64,000 nucleotides of DNA from Trueperaceae bacterium (GTDB lineage: Bacteria > Deinococcota > Deinococci > Deinococcales > Trueperaceae), in assembly GCA_034521815.1 (NCBI GenBank), contig JAXHLW010000013.1:576001-640000 (forward strand), written 5' to 3'. Each line of letters starts with the position of its first letter. Positions within the stretch are counted from its first letter, which is position 1. The position numbers and the translations under genes were made by a program. Of the stretch, positions 12,401-22,861 are shown one piece after another. The notes under the pieces are model-generated. The model was not told the origin of the DNA and searched no databases. It was given only the letters and a program-made list of their open reading frames with translations.

Positions 12401-15400
12401 CGTCGCCCACGCGCAGTCGCACGCTTCCCGTGGGGCGTCCCTCGTCGCTGAAGGACGCCGCTAGCGCCACCTCGCGCCCGTCCAGCTGCCCGTCGATCTC
12501 GACGTCGGCCTCCAACCGCAAGGCCGGCGCCTCGGACGCTCGCCACGATGCGGTCAGTCGCCCAGAGGCGTCGGCGCGCACGTCGATCCCGGCCCATCGC
12601 CCGACGGCCGCGGCGTCCAACGACGACAGATCGGTCGAGACGGTCGCGAGGCCGCCGCTCAGCTGCGCCTGGCCGCTCAGGAGAGGCTCGCCGTCCGGCG
12701 AGGCGAGTCGCCACTGGGCCGATCCCTCGAGGCCGTCGCCTTCGCCAACGAGGATCACCTCGAGCGGTCGTCCGGCGGGCGCTACGCCGGCCTCGATCGT
12801 GGCGGTCCACTGTCCGTCCCGGCTCACGCCACCGCGCAACGTGGCGCGACCGGGCGCGGCGCTGGCCGCCGCGGGGGGCCAAGCTTCCGCAGCGATGGAT
12901 CCGGACACCGTGGCCACCTCGCCCTCCGCGGCGGGGTCGGCGTCCAGCGTCGCGTCCAGCTGGGCGTGCGGGCCGCGAAGCTGCGCGACGGCGCGAGGGG
13001 CGGCAGGGGGGCCGTCCACGCGGACCTCGACGAGGTGCGGCTGCCCCGCGACGAGGGCTTCGAGCGTGAGCTCGCCGGAAAGCTGTCCGGACTCCAGGCG
13101 CAGCGACTGGCCGCTGGGACCGATCAGTCTGGGGGCGCTGAGCGGACCGTCCAGCGTCAGCTCGGTCGGCGTCAGGCCGTAGCCCTCGGTGGCGAGATCG
13201 GCGATCCGTAGCGTGCCCGACAGGTCGATCTCCGACAGCGAAAAGGGGGACGACGGGCCCGGCGACTGGAGCGGTCCAGCGATGCGGGCGTCCAGCGTCG
13301 CGCCGCTGGGCGGGTGCGCGCCGCTCACGACCAGGTCGAGCGCCGGCGTGACCGTTCCGGTGATCTCGGCGGTCGCGCCGGCTCCGCTCCAGCGGGCTGA
13401 AGCGAGCAACGAGCCGTCGCGTCCGGACGCGTCGTTCGCGGACGCGTCGTTCGCGGACGTGACGTTCCCGGCCTGGTCGCGTCCCGTCAGGACGATCGAG
13501 CCGAGCTCGGCCACATCGACGCGCAGCTCGCCACGCCAGGCGCCGTGGATCAGCGTGTCCACCGTCGGCAGCGGTGCGGCCTGGTCGGCACCTCCGTCGC
13601 CGGCCGGGCTCACCGCCAGCGCGCCGTCCAGCACCAGTCGTTCGAGGGCTGGCAGGAACGCTCCGAGTCGCGCCTCGGCGGCGCGGAACGATGCGCCGTC
13701 CGGGCCGACCTCGGCGTCCAGGTCGTCGCCTACGACCGTGATCCGGGTCGTGTCGTCGCTTCGGTCGACGGCGATCCGCAACGACGCGTCGCCAGCGCTC
13801 CAGCGGCCGCTGACGTCCAGGCGGCCGGCTGCGAGGTCCAGGCGTCCATCGACGTCGATCCGACCCTGAGCGTCGACCCCGAGCTGCGCGGCGGCGGCGA
13901 CGGTCCGGGCGGGCGCGTCGACGCCGAGTCGCAGGTCTTCGAACGTCCCCTCGGCACGAACCAGCGCCGGACCGCCTTCGGCCGGTACGACCGCCAGGTC
14001 GAGGCTCGGGGCGGCGCCCGGCTGGTACGTCGCGTCCCCCTGGAGCCGTACCTGGGTGTCGGCGATGGCGCCCGGGAGATCCAGCCGCGCCTGGACCCGG
14101 CCGTCGCTCCAGGTGGCCTGCCCGTCCGCGATGCGAACCCGGAGGCCGCCGCCGTCGGCGCTCGTGGAGGACCGCGTCGTGATCGCGTCCAGCGACGTCG
14201 GGTCCAGCGACCACGGAACCGCGTCCAGCCGTACCCCACGCCAATCGCGGGCCGGGACCGTGCCGCTCCCGCTCAGCGCGCCGTCGCGCCAGGTCGCCTG
14301 GCCCCACGCGTGTCGCAACGTCGCGGTCACGGGAGCGCCGGGGCGGAGCGAGCCGCTGACCGCCACCTCGCCCAGCGGCGTGGGAACGGCGCCTCCGAGC
14401 GTGCCGGCGTTCCAGCTCAGCGCGGTCTCGACCGGAGCGGTCAGGGTGGCGCGGGCACGACCGTCGGCCTCGCCGGGAGTCAGGCGTACGCCCTCGGCGA
14501 CGAGGGTGCCCGTCACGTCGACGCCGAAGAGCGCGCTCACGCTGGCCAGGTCGACCGAGCCGTCGAGCTCGGCGGCCAAGGCGGCGTCGAACGCTTCGGC
14601 AGGCACTTCGGCGGGCGTCGCCGATCCCTCCTCGTCGGTCACGGCCGTTGGGATGCGCGTCACGCGGACCGTCGCGAGCGACGCGGCGGGGTAGGTCTCG
14701 CGCAACTCGGTGCGAAGCGTTTCGGCGGTGCCTGGGCCGGGGGTCGCTCGATCCTCGTCAGGCTCGCCCCGCAGCGTCGCCGTTGGGATGCGCGTCGGCT
14801 CGTTCCCGGCCACGGTTCCCCCGCTGGCGAGAGCTCCGTCGAACGCCAGGCCCTCCGCGGTGCGTGAGAGCCGTCCCAGCAGAGCGACGTTCCCGGCCCA
14901 GGCCGCGAGCTCGCCCGTGAGGTCGCCCGTGAGGTCGCCCGTGCCGGAGGCGTCCAGCGACGCTCGCAAACGAAGGTCTCGGGCCAGGGACCTGCCGGCC
15001 AGCGCCGTGCCCGCCGGAACGGACGTCTCCAGCAGCAGACCGGTCTCGCCGGCGTCCAGCACCAGTCTCGGAAGGGAGCCGGGCGCCGCGTCGGACGCAC
15101 CGCCGCTCGGGTCGACCTGGCCGGTCAGGCTGGTCGGGGCGTACGACGCCGTGCCGCGCAGGCTGGCCAGCGGATCGGACGGATCCAGCGCCAGGTCGGC
15201 CTGCAACGGGCCGCTGGCGTCCGCGACGGTCAGCGGCACGCCGTCCGCGAGCAGCTGGACCAGGCCGCTCAGGTACGACGCGTCCAGCCGGTCGCCGTCC
15301 AGCTGGACGGCGATTCCGTCGCGCGGCGCGTCCGTGGCCAGCCAGGGAAGCTGGGCCGTCAGGGCACCTCGCGTCGCGTCGATCCGGGCGGGCGGGGCGG

Positions 15401-17232
15401 CGACGTCGGTCAAGATCAGCTGGCCCGTCAGGGTGGAGCCGGCCGGTCGCCAGGCATCGAACCTGCCGTCCACGACCTCGACGACGCCGCGTGCCGGTCC
15501 GATGGCGACGGTCGAGGGCGTCAGCGACCAGCGCAGCGGCTGCGCTGGCGGGTCGGCGTCCGGGGTCAGCGGGAAGGAGCCGTTCACGGAGATCGGACCC
15601 AGCCGGCCGTCCAGCTCCGTGAGGGTCAGGTCGGCGTAGCGACCGGTGACGACGCCGCGCAGGTCGGTGTCGGGGGTCAGGCCGGGCAGGTCCGGACGCC
15701 AGGGCGCGTCGCCGCGCAGCTCCAGGGCGAACGGCAGGTCGGCCAGCGGCCCGTCGACGCGAAGCTCCAGCTCGACCGGCTCGCCGGCCAGCGGACCGGT
15801 GTCCCGCAGCCGTACGGCGCCTTGGACGGCGCCGCCCGGCGACGGTCACCGCTCCCTCGAGACGCCCGCCGGCCTCGGGGGTGCCTTCGACGAACGCGTT
15901 GATCGTGCCCCCGTCGATCTGACCGTCCAGGCGGACGCGTCCCAGCGGGCGTGGGGACGCGATCTGCGCCGTGGCGTCGAACGTGCCGGTCAGCCGCTGG
16001 GCGGTGCGGAGCTCCAGACTGGCGGACAGCTCGGTCGCGGGACCGATCTCGGCGTCGTCCAGCGCGACGTCCCAGGTGAGGACGTCGTCGCGAACGCCAG
16101 CGTCGACGCGGAGGGTCCCGTCCAACGCCGAGCCGGCGGCCGTGAACGCGAGTCCCTCGCCACTGCGGAACGTCACGTCGTCGGTCGCCAGCTCGAACGG
16201 TCGGTCGTTCAGCGTCCCCTCGGCCCGCACGGTGCCGTCCAGCTGCACGCGCGTCCAGCCCGAGAAGCTGGCCGTCACCAGCGCCGTTCCGTCCGGCGCC
16301 AACGCGGCGGGAAGCGACCCGCCGGTGCCCCAGCGCGCAGCGGCGTCGACGTCGGGCGTGGCGCGCACGGAGCCGCTCCAGCGGCGGTTGGGCACGTCCA
16401 CCGTCACGGCCGCGGCGACGGGGCCGGAAAGCGCCCGGCCGGTCAGCTCCGAGGTGATCAGTCCCGAGTCCAGGACGACCGGACCCTCGATCTGGTCCAC
16501 GTCGACCCTGGCCGCGACCAGGCTGCCGTCCCGGACGTCCAGCCGGCCGGTGACGCCGCGACCGGGGCGGTAGGCCACCGTTCCCTCGGCCCGGCCGCCC
16601 TCGACGCCGGTCCACCAGGCTCGCGCCAGGCGGAGGTCGGCGTCCTGCACCTCGGCCTCGACCGTGAACGGCGACAGGCCGATGTCGGCGGCGAACGTCA
16701 AGGAACCGTCGTCGCTGGCCAGCCGACCGGAAGCCTCGATCGAGCTGCCGGCGCCTGCGACCTCGAGCGCCTCGAGGCGCAGATCGGGAAGCGTGTACGG
16801 CGCGTCGCCCAGCCGCACGCGCACGCCGACGAGGCTCAGCTCGCGCAGGTCGGGGCGGACCGGCAGGCCGCCGGCGTCGCCGCCGCCCAGGTCGCGCAGC
16901 TGCTCGCCGTCGACGTCGACGTCGGCGTTCTCGATCGTGATCCACAGCGGCAGGTCGCCGGTCAGCAGGGCGGGGGCGAACCAGGTCAGCTGGGCGCGCC
17001 CCAGCGTGGCGTCCACGCCGGGGCCTTCGATGCGGACGCCGCGCAGCTCCACGGTGCGCCAGGGGTCGCCGGCGCTGTCGCGCCAGTCGACCGTCCAGCC
17101 GGCGCGTTGGGCCGCGCCGCGCGCCTGCTCCAGCAGCCAGCCGCGTCCGGCCGGCGTTCGCGGCACGAGAACCGCGACGAGAACCAGCGAGACGAGCACG
17201 AGGAGGGTCAGGAGCGAGCGTCTGGGCACCAT
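6487..17232 (-). CDS. tamB: Giant TamB/AsmA-like translocation and assembly module protein (~3,580 aa), split by indels near 15840, 11450 and 10520
   Basis: N-terminal membrane anchor (LLTLLVLVSLVLVAVLVP), long G/A-rich beta-strand repeats across four consecutive ORF pieces, and a TamB-like C-terminus (LSEAELLSLVALGR...FGVSLRLGGYV...FGITLRW). Confidence 0.78.
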
Positions 17233-17359
17233 TGTCGAGCGACTCCGCGAGACGGAGCCGGGGCGTCATGGTATCACCGGCCAGGTCACGTCCTGAACGT
17301 GGCCGACACGACCGGCGGGCATCCGTCGCGACCGGGAGAAACGGCGCACCTGCTGTAGC

Positions 17360-17647
17360 ATGCGGGGCGTGAGCGAGACGACCGAACGACTGACCGCACT
17401 GGTGGCTGGAGACGTGCAGGCCGTGGGCTTCCGGGCGTTCGTCCGGCGCCACGCGCAGGATCTGCGCCTGGCCGGGTCGGCCGAGAACCTGGCGGACGGC
17501 CGGGTCGAGATCGTCGCCGAGGGGCCAAGGAGCGAGCTTGAGCAGCTGTTGATCTTCCTTCGTCGCGGCCCCGTCCACGCCGAGGTCGAGAGCGTCGAGG
17601 AGCATTGGAGCGAGGGGGGCGGCCTGCGTGGCTTCCACACCTACTGA
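17360..17647 (+). CDS. acyP: Acylphosphatase
   Basis: VAGDVQAVGFRAFV and GSAENLADGRVEIVAEG motifs; 95 aa. Confidence 0.93.
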   Translation: MRGVSETTERLTALVAGDVQAVGFRAFVRRHAQDLRLAGSAENLADGRVEIVAEGPRSELEQLLIFLRRGPVHAEVESVEEHWSEGGGLRGFHTY

Positions 17648-18606
17648 CGGTCGGGCGGACGGTCCGGCTCACCGTCCAGACGACGTCGACGTGCCCGCTG
17701 TCGACGTGCCCGCACCGCTGGGCGACGCCGCGCTGGCGCGGGTACCGGGCGTGCTGGGCCGGATCGCGACCGAGCGCGCGCGGGACTACGCCGAGGTCGA
17801 CGTGCCGGCGCGCGTTCCTGTCCCTGCGCCCGGCCAGACGGGCGAGGCCGACACGCAGCGCTCGTCCGCGACAGCCTCCGGCCGGTCGCGACCGACTCGC
17901 CGCCGCGCTTCGCGCTCCCGGCCTGTCGCTGATCACCGAGATCAAGCGCGGCAGCCCTTCGCAAGGGTCGATCGCCGACCTGGAGCCGGTCGAGGCGGCG
18001 TTGGCGTACCAGGCCGGCGGCGCGGCGGCGCTGTCCGTCCTGACCGAGCCGCGACACTTCGGCGGTCGGCTTTCGCACCTGCGCGATGTCGCCGCCGCCA
18101 GCTCGCTGCCCGCCATGCGCAAGGAGTTCGTGGTGCACCCCGCGCAGCTGACCGAGGCGGCGGAGGCCGGCGCGGCCGCCGCGCTGCTGATCGCGGCGGT
18201 TCTCGGTCCGCGGCTGGGCGCGTACCTGGACTACGCGCACGCTCTGGGTCTGGACGCCCTGGTCGAGGTGCACGACGAGGCCGAGCTGGAGGCGGCGCTG
18301 GCGGCGGGGGCCGAGATCGTGGGCGTGAACAACCGGGACCTGCGCACGCTGGAGGTGGATCTGGCGACCGCGCCCAGGCTGCTGCGGCGCGCCCGGGACG
18401 CGGGATTCGCCGGCGTGCTGGTCGCCGAGTCCGGCTACGCGGGGGCGGACGACCTGGCGAACGTCGCGGACCTGGCCGACGCTGCCCTGATCGGCACGGC
18501 GCTGGCCGGAAGCGGCGACCTGGCGCGTGCCGTTCGCACGCTGCTGGCCGACCTTGCCGCGCGCACCGCGTCCGCACCGGCCCAGCCTGGGAGGAGACCC
18601 TCATGA
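17628..18606 (+). CDS. trpC: Indole-3-glycerol phosphate synthase (frameshift near 17870)
   Basis: N-terminal VPGVLGRIATERARDY in one frame; LITEIKRGSPSQG, LSVLTEPRHFGG, LVEVHDE, GVNNRDL and VAESG in the next. Confidence 0.92.
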
Positions 18607-19295
18607 GCAGCTACGTCATCACCGGCGCGTCCAGCGGGATCGGCGCCGCCATCGCGAACGCCCTGTCCGAGTCGGGTCGGACGCTGATCCTCAACGGGCG
18701 CGACCGCGCCGCCTTGGACGCCGTGGCGACGGACGTCCAGCAGCTGGGCGCCAAGGCCGACGTCCGGCCGGCCGACCTGAACGACGACGAGCAGCTGCAC
18801 GCGTTCGCGGCGGATCTGCCCGATCGGCTGGAGGCGCTGATCCACAGCGCGGGCGTGGCGCTGCTGGGGAACCAGGCGGACCTGCCGGTCGCGAATCTCG
18901 ACCTGCAGTACCGCGTCAACGTGCGCGCGCCGTTCCTGTTGACGCAGGCGCTCCTGCCGACGCTTCGGGCGTCCGCGGGCCTGGTGGTGTTCGTCAACTC
19001 CGGGGCGGGGCAGACCGCCAAGGCGGGATGGGGCGGCTACGCCGCGTCGAAGTTCGCGCTGCGCGCTCTGGCGGACTCGCTGCGCGACGAGGAGGCGGAC
19101 CGGGGCGTGCGCGTCACCAGCATCTACCCGGGGCGGACCGCGACCCCGATGCAGCGCGAGGTGCGCGAGCAGGAGGGCGGCGAGTTCGAGCCCGAGAACT
19201 ACCTGCGCCCCGAGGACGTGGCCCGCATGGTGGCCGAGGTGGTGCGTCTTCCGGCCGGCGCGACGGTGCCCGACCTGTCGGTCCGGCCGCGGTGA
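18603..19295 (+). CDS. Short-chain dehydrogenase/reductase
   Basis: TGASSGIG, catalytic YAASK, YPGRTATPM; ATG overlaps the trpC stop (ATGA). Confidence 0.92.
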   Translation: MSSYVITGASSGIGAAIANALSESGRTLILNGRDRAALDAVATDVQQLGAKADVRPADLNDDEQLHAFAADLPDRLEALIHSAGVALLGNQADLPVANLDLQYRVNVRAPFLLTQALLPTLRASAGLVVFVNSGAGQTAKAGWGGYAASKFALRALADSLRDEEADRGVRVTSIYPGRTATPMQREVREQEGGEFEPENYLRPEDVARMVAEVVRLPAGATVPDLSVRPR

Positions 19296-20644
19296 GGCGG
19301 GCAGGCCCTCCAGCGCAGCCCATCCTGGACCCGGCGGCGGAGTCCGGCGACGCTCCGCGGACCCGCCTGCGGCAACGCACCCTGAGAGAACGCACCCTGG
19401 GAAACGGCGTGCGCATCGTGGCCGAGGAGCTTCCCGGGCGCGAAGGCGTGTCGTGGGAGCTGTCGCTGCCGATCGGCGCGATCCACGATCCCGAGGACAC
19501 GCCCGGCGCGACGGCGCTGCTGTGGGAGTGGCAGGACCGTGGCGCGGCCGGGCTGGGCGCGCGTCAGCGGCGCGAGGCGTTCGCGCGGCTGGGGGTGCGC
19601 GGCGGCGGCGCGTCGGGTCGCGATCGCAGCGTCGTGGCGGGCAGCGGCCTGGCGGACGTGCTCGCGGACGGCCTGGCGCTCAGCGTGCACGAGGTGACCG
19701 ACCCCACGCTGGACGACGCCGAGCTCGAGACCGCGCGGATCCACGCCCTGGAGGCGCTGGACGCGCTGGAGGACCGGCCTGCCGATCGCCTGGACGAGGA
19801 GCTGACCGCCCGGGCGTTCGTCGGTCCGTACGCCCGCAGCGCGCTCGGAACGGTGCAGGGGCTGACCAGCGCCACGCCGGCGGCGGTGCGTGCGCACCGC
19901 GACGCCGTCGTCGGTCCGGCCGGCGCGACCCTGGTGATCGTCGGGGGCGTGGACCCCGAGGCGGCGCTGGACCTGGCGGAGGCGGTGCTGGGCGACTGGC
20001 GTGGCGGCGCGTCCGAGGGATCGTCCTCGGCGTCACTAGGTGGCCTCGCCGGCAACGCGCCTCGCCACCCGGGTCCGCCACGGTGGGCCGATCCCGCCAG
20101 GCACACCGTCCCGAGCGACGGCGAACAGACGCAGCTGGGCTGGGCGTGGCCGCTGCTGCCCGCCGACGACCCGCGCGTCGCGGCGCAGGCGTTGGGGCTG
20201 GCGGTCCTGTCGGGCGGCATGGGCGCTCGGCTGTTTCGCGAGGTGCGCGAGGCCCGTGGGCTGGTGTACGCGGTGGACGCCGGCGCGCGGGCGGTGCGCG
20301 GCGCGGCGTGGGGCACCGCGCACGCCGCCACCACGCCCGAGCGGGTCGAGGAGACGATCGAGGTGGTGCAGCGCGAGCTGGCGAAGCTGGCGGACGGCGT
20401 GCACGAGGACGAGCTGCAACGCGCGCGCACGCTGCTCCGCACCCGCGAGGCGATGCAGGCCGAGTCCAGCTCGGGGCGTGCCGGGCAGCTCATGCGGGAC
20501 CTGTTGCTGCTGGGGCGGCCGCGCTCGGCCGGTGAGCGGCTGGACGCCCTGCTACGGCCAACGCGGGCCGACGTGGACGCGGCGTTGGCCGCTGCCCCGT
20601 GCCGCACGCCGACGCTGGTCGTGCTGGGCCCGGAGGCGGCGTGA
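19292..20644 (+). CDS. M16 (pitrilysin) family peptidase-like protein, non-catalytic subunit
   Basis: RTLGNGVRIV and LSGGMGARLFREVREARGLVY; HxxEH is replaced by LLWEW; GTG overlaps the SDR stop. Confidence 0.85.
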   Translation: MRRAGPPAQPILDPAAESGDAPRTRLRQRTLRERTLGNGVRIVAEELPGREGVSWELSLPIGAIHDPEDTPGATALLWEWQDRGAAGLGARQRREAFARLGVRGGGASGRDRSVVAGSGLADVLADGLALSVHEVTDPTLDDAELETARIHALEALDALEDRPADRLDEELTARAFVGPYARSALGTVQGLTSATPAAVRAHRDAVVGPAGATLVIVGGVDPEAALDLAEAVLGDWRGGASEGSSSASLGGLAGNAPRHPGPPRWADPARHTVPSDGEQTQLGWAWPLLPADDPRVAAQALGLAVLSGGMGARLFREVREARGLVYAVDAGARAVRGAAWGTAHAATTPERVEETIEVVQRELAKLADGVHEDELQRARTLLRTREAMQAESSSGRAGQLMRDLLLLGRPRSAGERLDALLRPTRADVDAALAAAPCRTPTLVVLGPEAA

Positions 20645-22008
20645 CGCCCGGAGACGGGGTGACGCTCGGGGACGAGGTGGCGCGCCAGGTGACGGCTCAG
20701 GGCACGCGCGAGGCTCGCGTCCTGCCGTCCGGTGCCACGCTGGTGACCGAGGTCCGCCCGGACGCCGCCAGCGCCGCGGCCGGATGGTTCGTGAACGTCG
20801 GATCGCGCGACGAGCCCGCCAGCCACGCCGGCATCTCGCACGCTTTGGAGCACCTGGCGTTCAAGGGCACCGACGATTGGGACGCGTACGAGCTGAACCA
20901 GCGCCTGGACGCGCTGGGCGCACGCAGCAACGCGTACACCGGCGAGGACCGCACGGCGTACTACGGCAGCGTCCTGCCCGAGCACCTGCCCGCGCTGAAC
21001 GAGCTCCTGGCCGCCCTGCTGCGCCCCGCGCTGCGGGAGGACGACGTGGCGCTGGAGCGCAGCGTGATCCTGGAAGAGATCGCGATGGCCGACGACGATC
21101 CCGAGAGCCGCGCTGCCGACCTGGTCGCCGCCGCCGCGTTCGGCGAGCATCCGCTGGGCCGGCCGATCCTGGGCACGCGCGACAGCGTCGCCGCGCTGAC
21201 CGCCGCCGACCTGCGGGCCTGGCACGCCGCGACGTACCGGCCGGACCGGCTGGTGATCGTGCTGTCGGGCCGCGTCGACGTCGATGCCGAGGCTGAACGG
21301 GTCGACGCGTTGGTGCGGAGGCTCACCGAGATGGCCCCACCGCTCGGCGAGGACCCGCCGGTCCCCGTCGGCCGGGCTTCGCCCCTGTGGCGGCCCGGCA
21401 CCGCACGCCACGGCGACCGCAGGGTCAGGCGGGCGTACGGAGCGTTGTTGGCGCCCGGCTTGCCGCAGGACGATCCGAGGCGCATCGCCGCGACGCTTCT
21501 CGCGCAGGTCCTGGGCGAGCCCGGGCACGGCCGGCTGCACTGGGCGCTGGTGGACGAGGGCCTGGCGGATCAGGCGGGCCTGCTCCACGAGGCGGGCGAC
21601 GGGTTCGGAACGTACGGGGGCTGGTTCGAGACCCGCGCACGTGACGAGACGCGTGTCCGGGAGCTGTTCGTCCGAACCCTGCGCGAGGCGCAGGACGCGC
21701 CGCTGGACCCGGACGCGTGGGCCAGCGCGGCACGCACGCTGGCGACGGACGTGGCGCTGCAGGCCGAGACGCCGTACGGCCGGCTGATGGCGCTGGGCGA
21801 CGCCTGGATCGAGCGCGGGGAGCTGCACGATCCTGCCGACGAGGTCGCACGGATCCTGGCCACCCCGCCGGAGGCCGGGCAGGCTCTCCTGGACGAGCGT
21901 CCGTTCGACCAAGCCACGTGGGTGACCTTGGGTCCCCTTCTCGGGACCGAGGCGCGCTCCGGCACGGAGACCGACCGCGTCGACGCTCATCCGCTCCGGG
22001 TACCCTGA
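20641..22008 (+). CDS. M16 family zinc peptidase, catalytic subunit
   Basis: VGSRDE, GISHALEHLAFKGT (HxxEH), NAYT, ERSVILEEI, HPLGRPILG. Confidence 0.9.
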   Translation: MTPGDGVTLGDEVARQVTAQGTREARVLPSGATLVTEVRPDAASAAAGWFVNVGSRDEPASHAGISHALEHLAFKGTDDWDAYELNQRLDALGARSNAYTGEDRTAYYGSVLPEHLPALNELLAALLRPALREDDVALERSVILEEIAMADDDPESRAADLVAAAAFGEHPLGRPILGTRDSVAALTAADLRAWHAATYRPDRLVIVLSGRVDVDAEAERVDALVRRLTEMAPPLGEDPPVPVGRASPLWRPGTARHGDRRVRRAYGALLAPGLPQDDPRRIAATLLAQVLGEPGHGRLHWALVDEGLADQAGLLHEAGDGFGTYGGWFETRARDETRVRELFVRTLREAQDAPLDPDAWASAARTLATDVALQAETPYGRLMALGDAWIERGELHDPADEVARILATPPEAGQALLDERPFDQATWVTLGPLLGTEARSGTETDRVDAHPLRVP

Positions 22009-22065
22009 CCCCATGCAGCTGGACGCGACACCACCGACCACCAGCACGCGGCGTTCCGGCCCGGC

Positions 22066-22856
22066 GTGACCGTCCGCTCGGGTCCACGCGAGAGCCAGCG
22101 GTCGTCGGCTCTCGACGGTCGATCCGCCGGCCGCTTCGTGCGAGCCCTGGCGGTGGCGCTGGTGCTGATCGTGGGCTGCGCTGGCCGGCTTGACCAGCGC
22201 GGCGTGGGGTCAGGACGACCCGTCCACCGTCCCGGCGTCCGATAGCACGTCCGATCCCGCACCGATCCCCACCGCCGAAGCCTATCGCACGCCTGACGGT
22301 CGTCCCGCACGGCGAGCAGTCGTTCGACCTGCTGACCGGCGAGACGACCCTCCCAGACGGCGGCGTGATCACCGACACCGAGACCGGCTTGCGGCTCGAC
22401 GCGGGGTTCGTGCGCTACCGCGAGGGCGCGTTCATCGAGGCACGCGACGCGACCGCCGACACCGCGGACGGCTCGCTGGTGGCGCCGGAGCTGAGGATCG
22501 ACGTGCCGACGTTGATCGCCACGGCGCCAGCCGGGGTGAGGTACGTGCGCGACGGTCTGGAGCTGGTCGCGGCCAGCGCCGAGCTCCGGTTCGGCCCCGA
22601 GCTGGTGCGGTTCGAGCACCCCACCGGCGCATCGCTGGACCTCGAGGCGCGAGCGCTGCTGCTGGACCTCCGTACCGGCGACGCGCTGCTGCTGGGACCG
22701 TACCGGTTCCAGGACGGGCCGTTCATCCTCAGCGACGATCGCGAGGACGCCGTGCTGCAGCTGAGGCCCGTCACGACCGACGCCGGCACGCCGACGTACC
22801 GCGCCGCGAACGAGGTGGACGAGGACCTGTGGACGCGCATGGCGCCCGTCCGCTGA
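22066..22856 (+). CDS. Exported beta-strand-rich protein, possibly LptA/LptC-like (N-terminal indels; start approximate)
   Basis: Hydrophobic leader RFVRALAVALVLIVG, then a beta-rich domain (QSFDLLTGETTLPDGGVITD...LLLDLRTGDALLLGPYRF); directly upstream of lptD- and lptF/G-like genes. Confidence 0.5.
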
Positions 22857-22861
22857 GTCGC

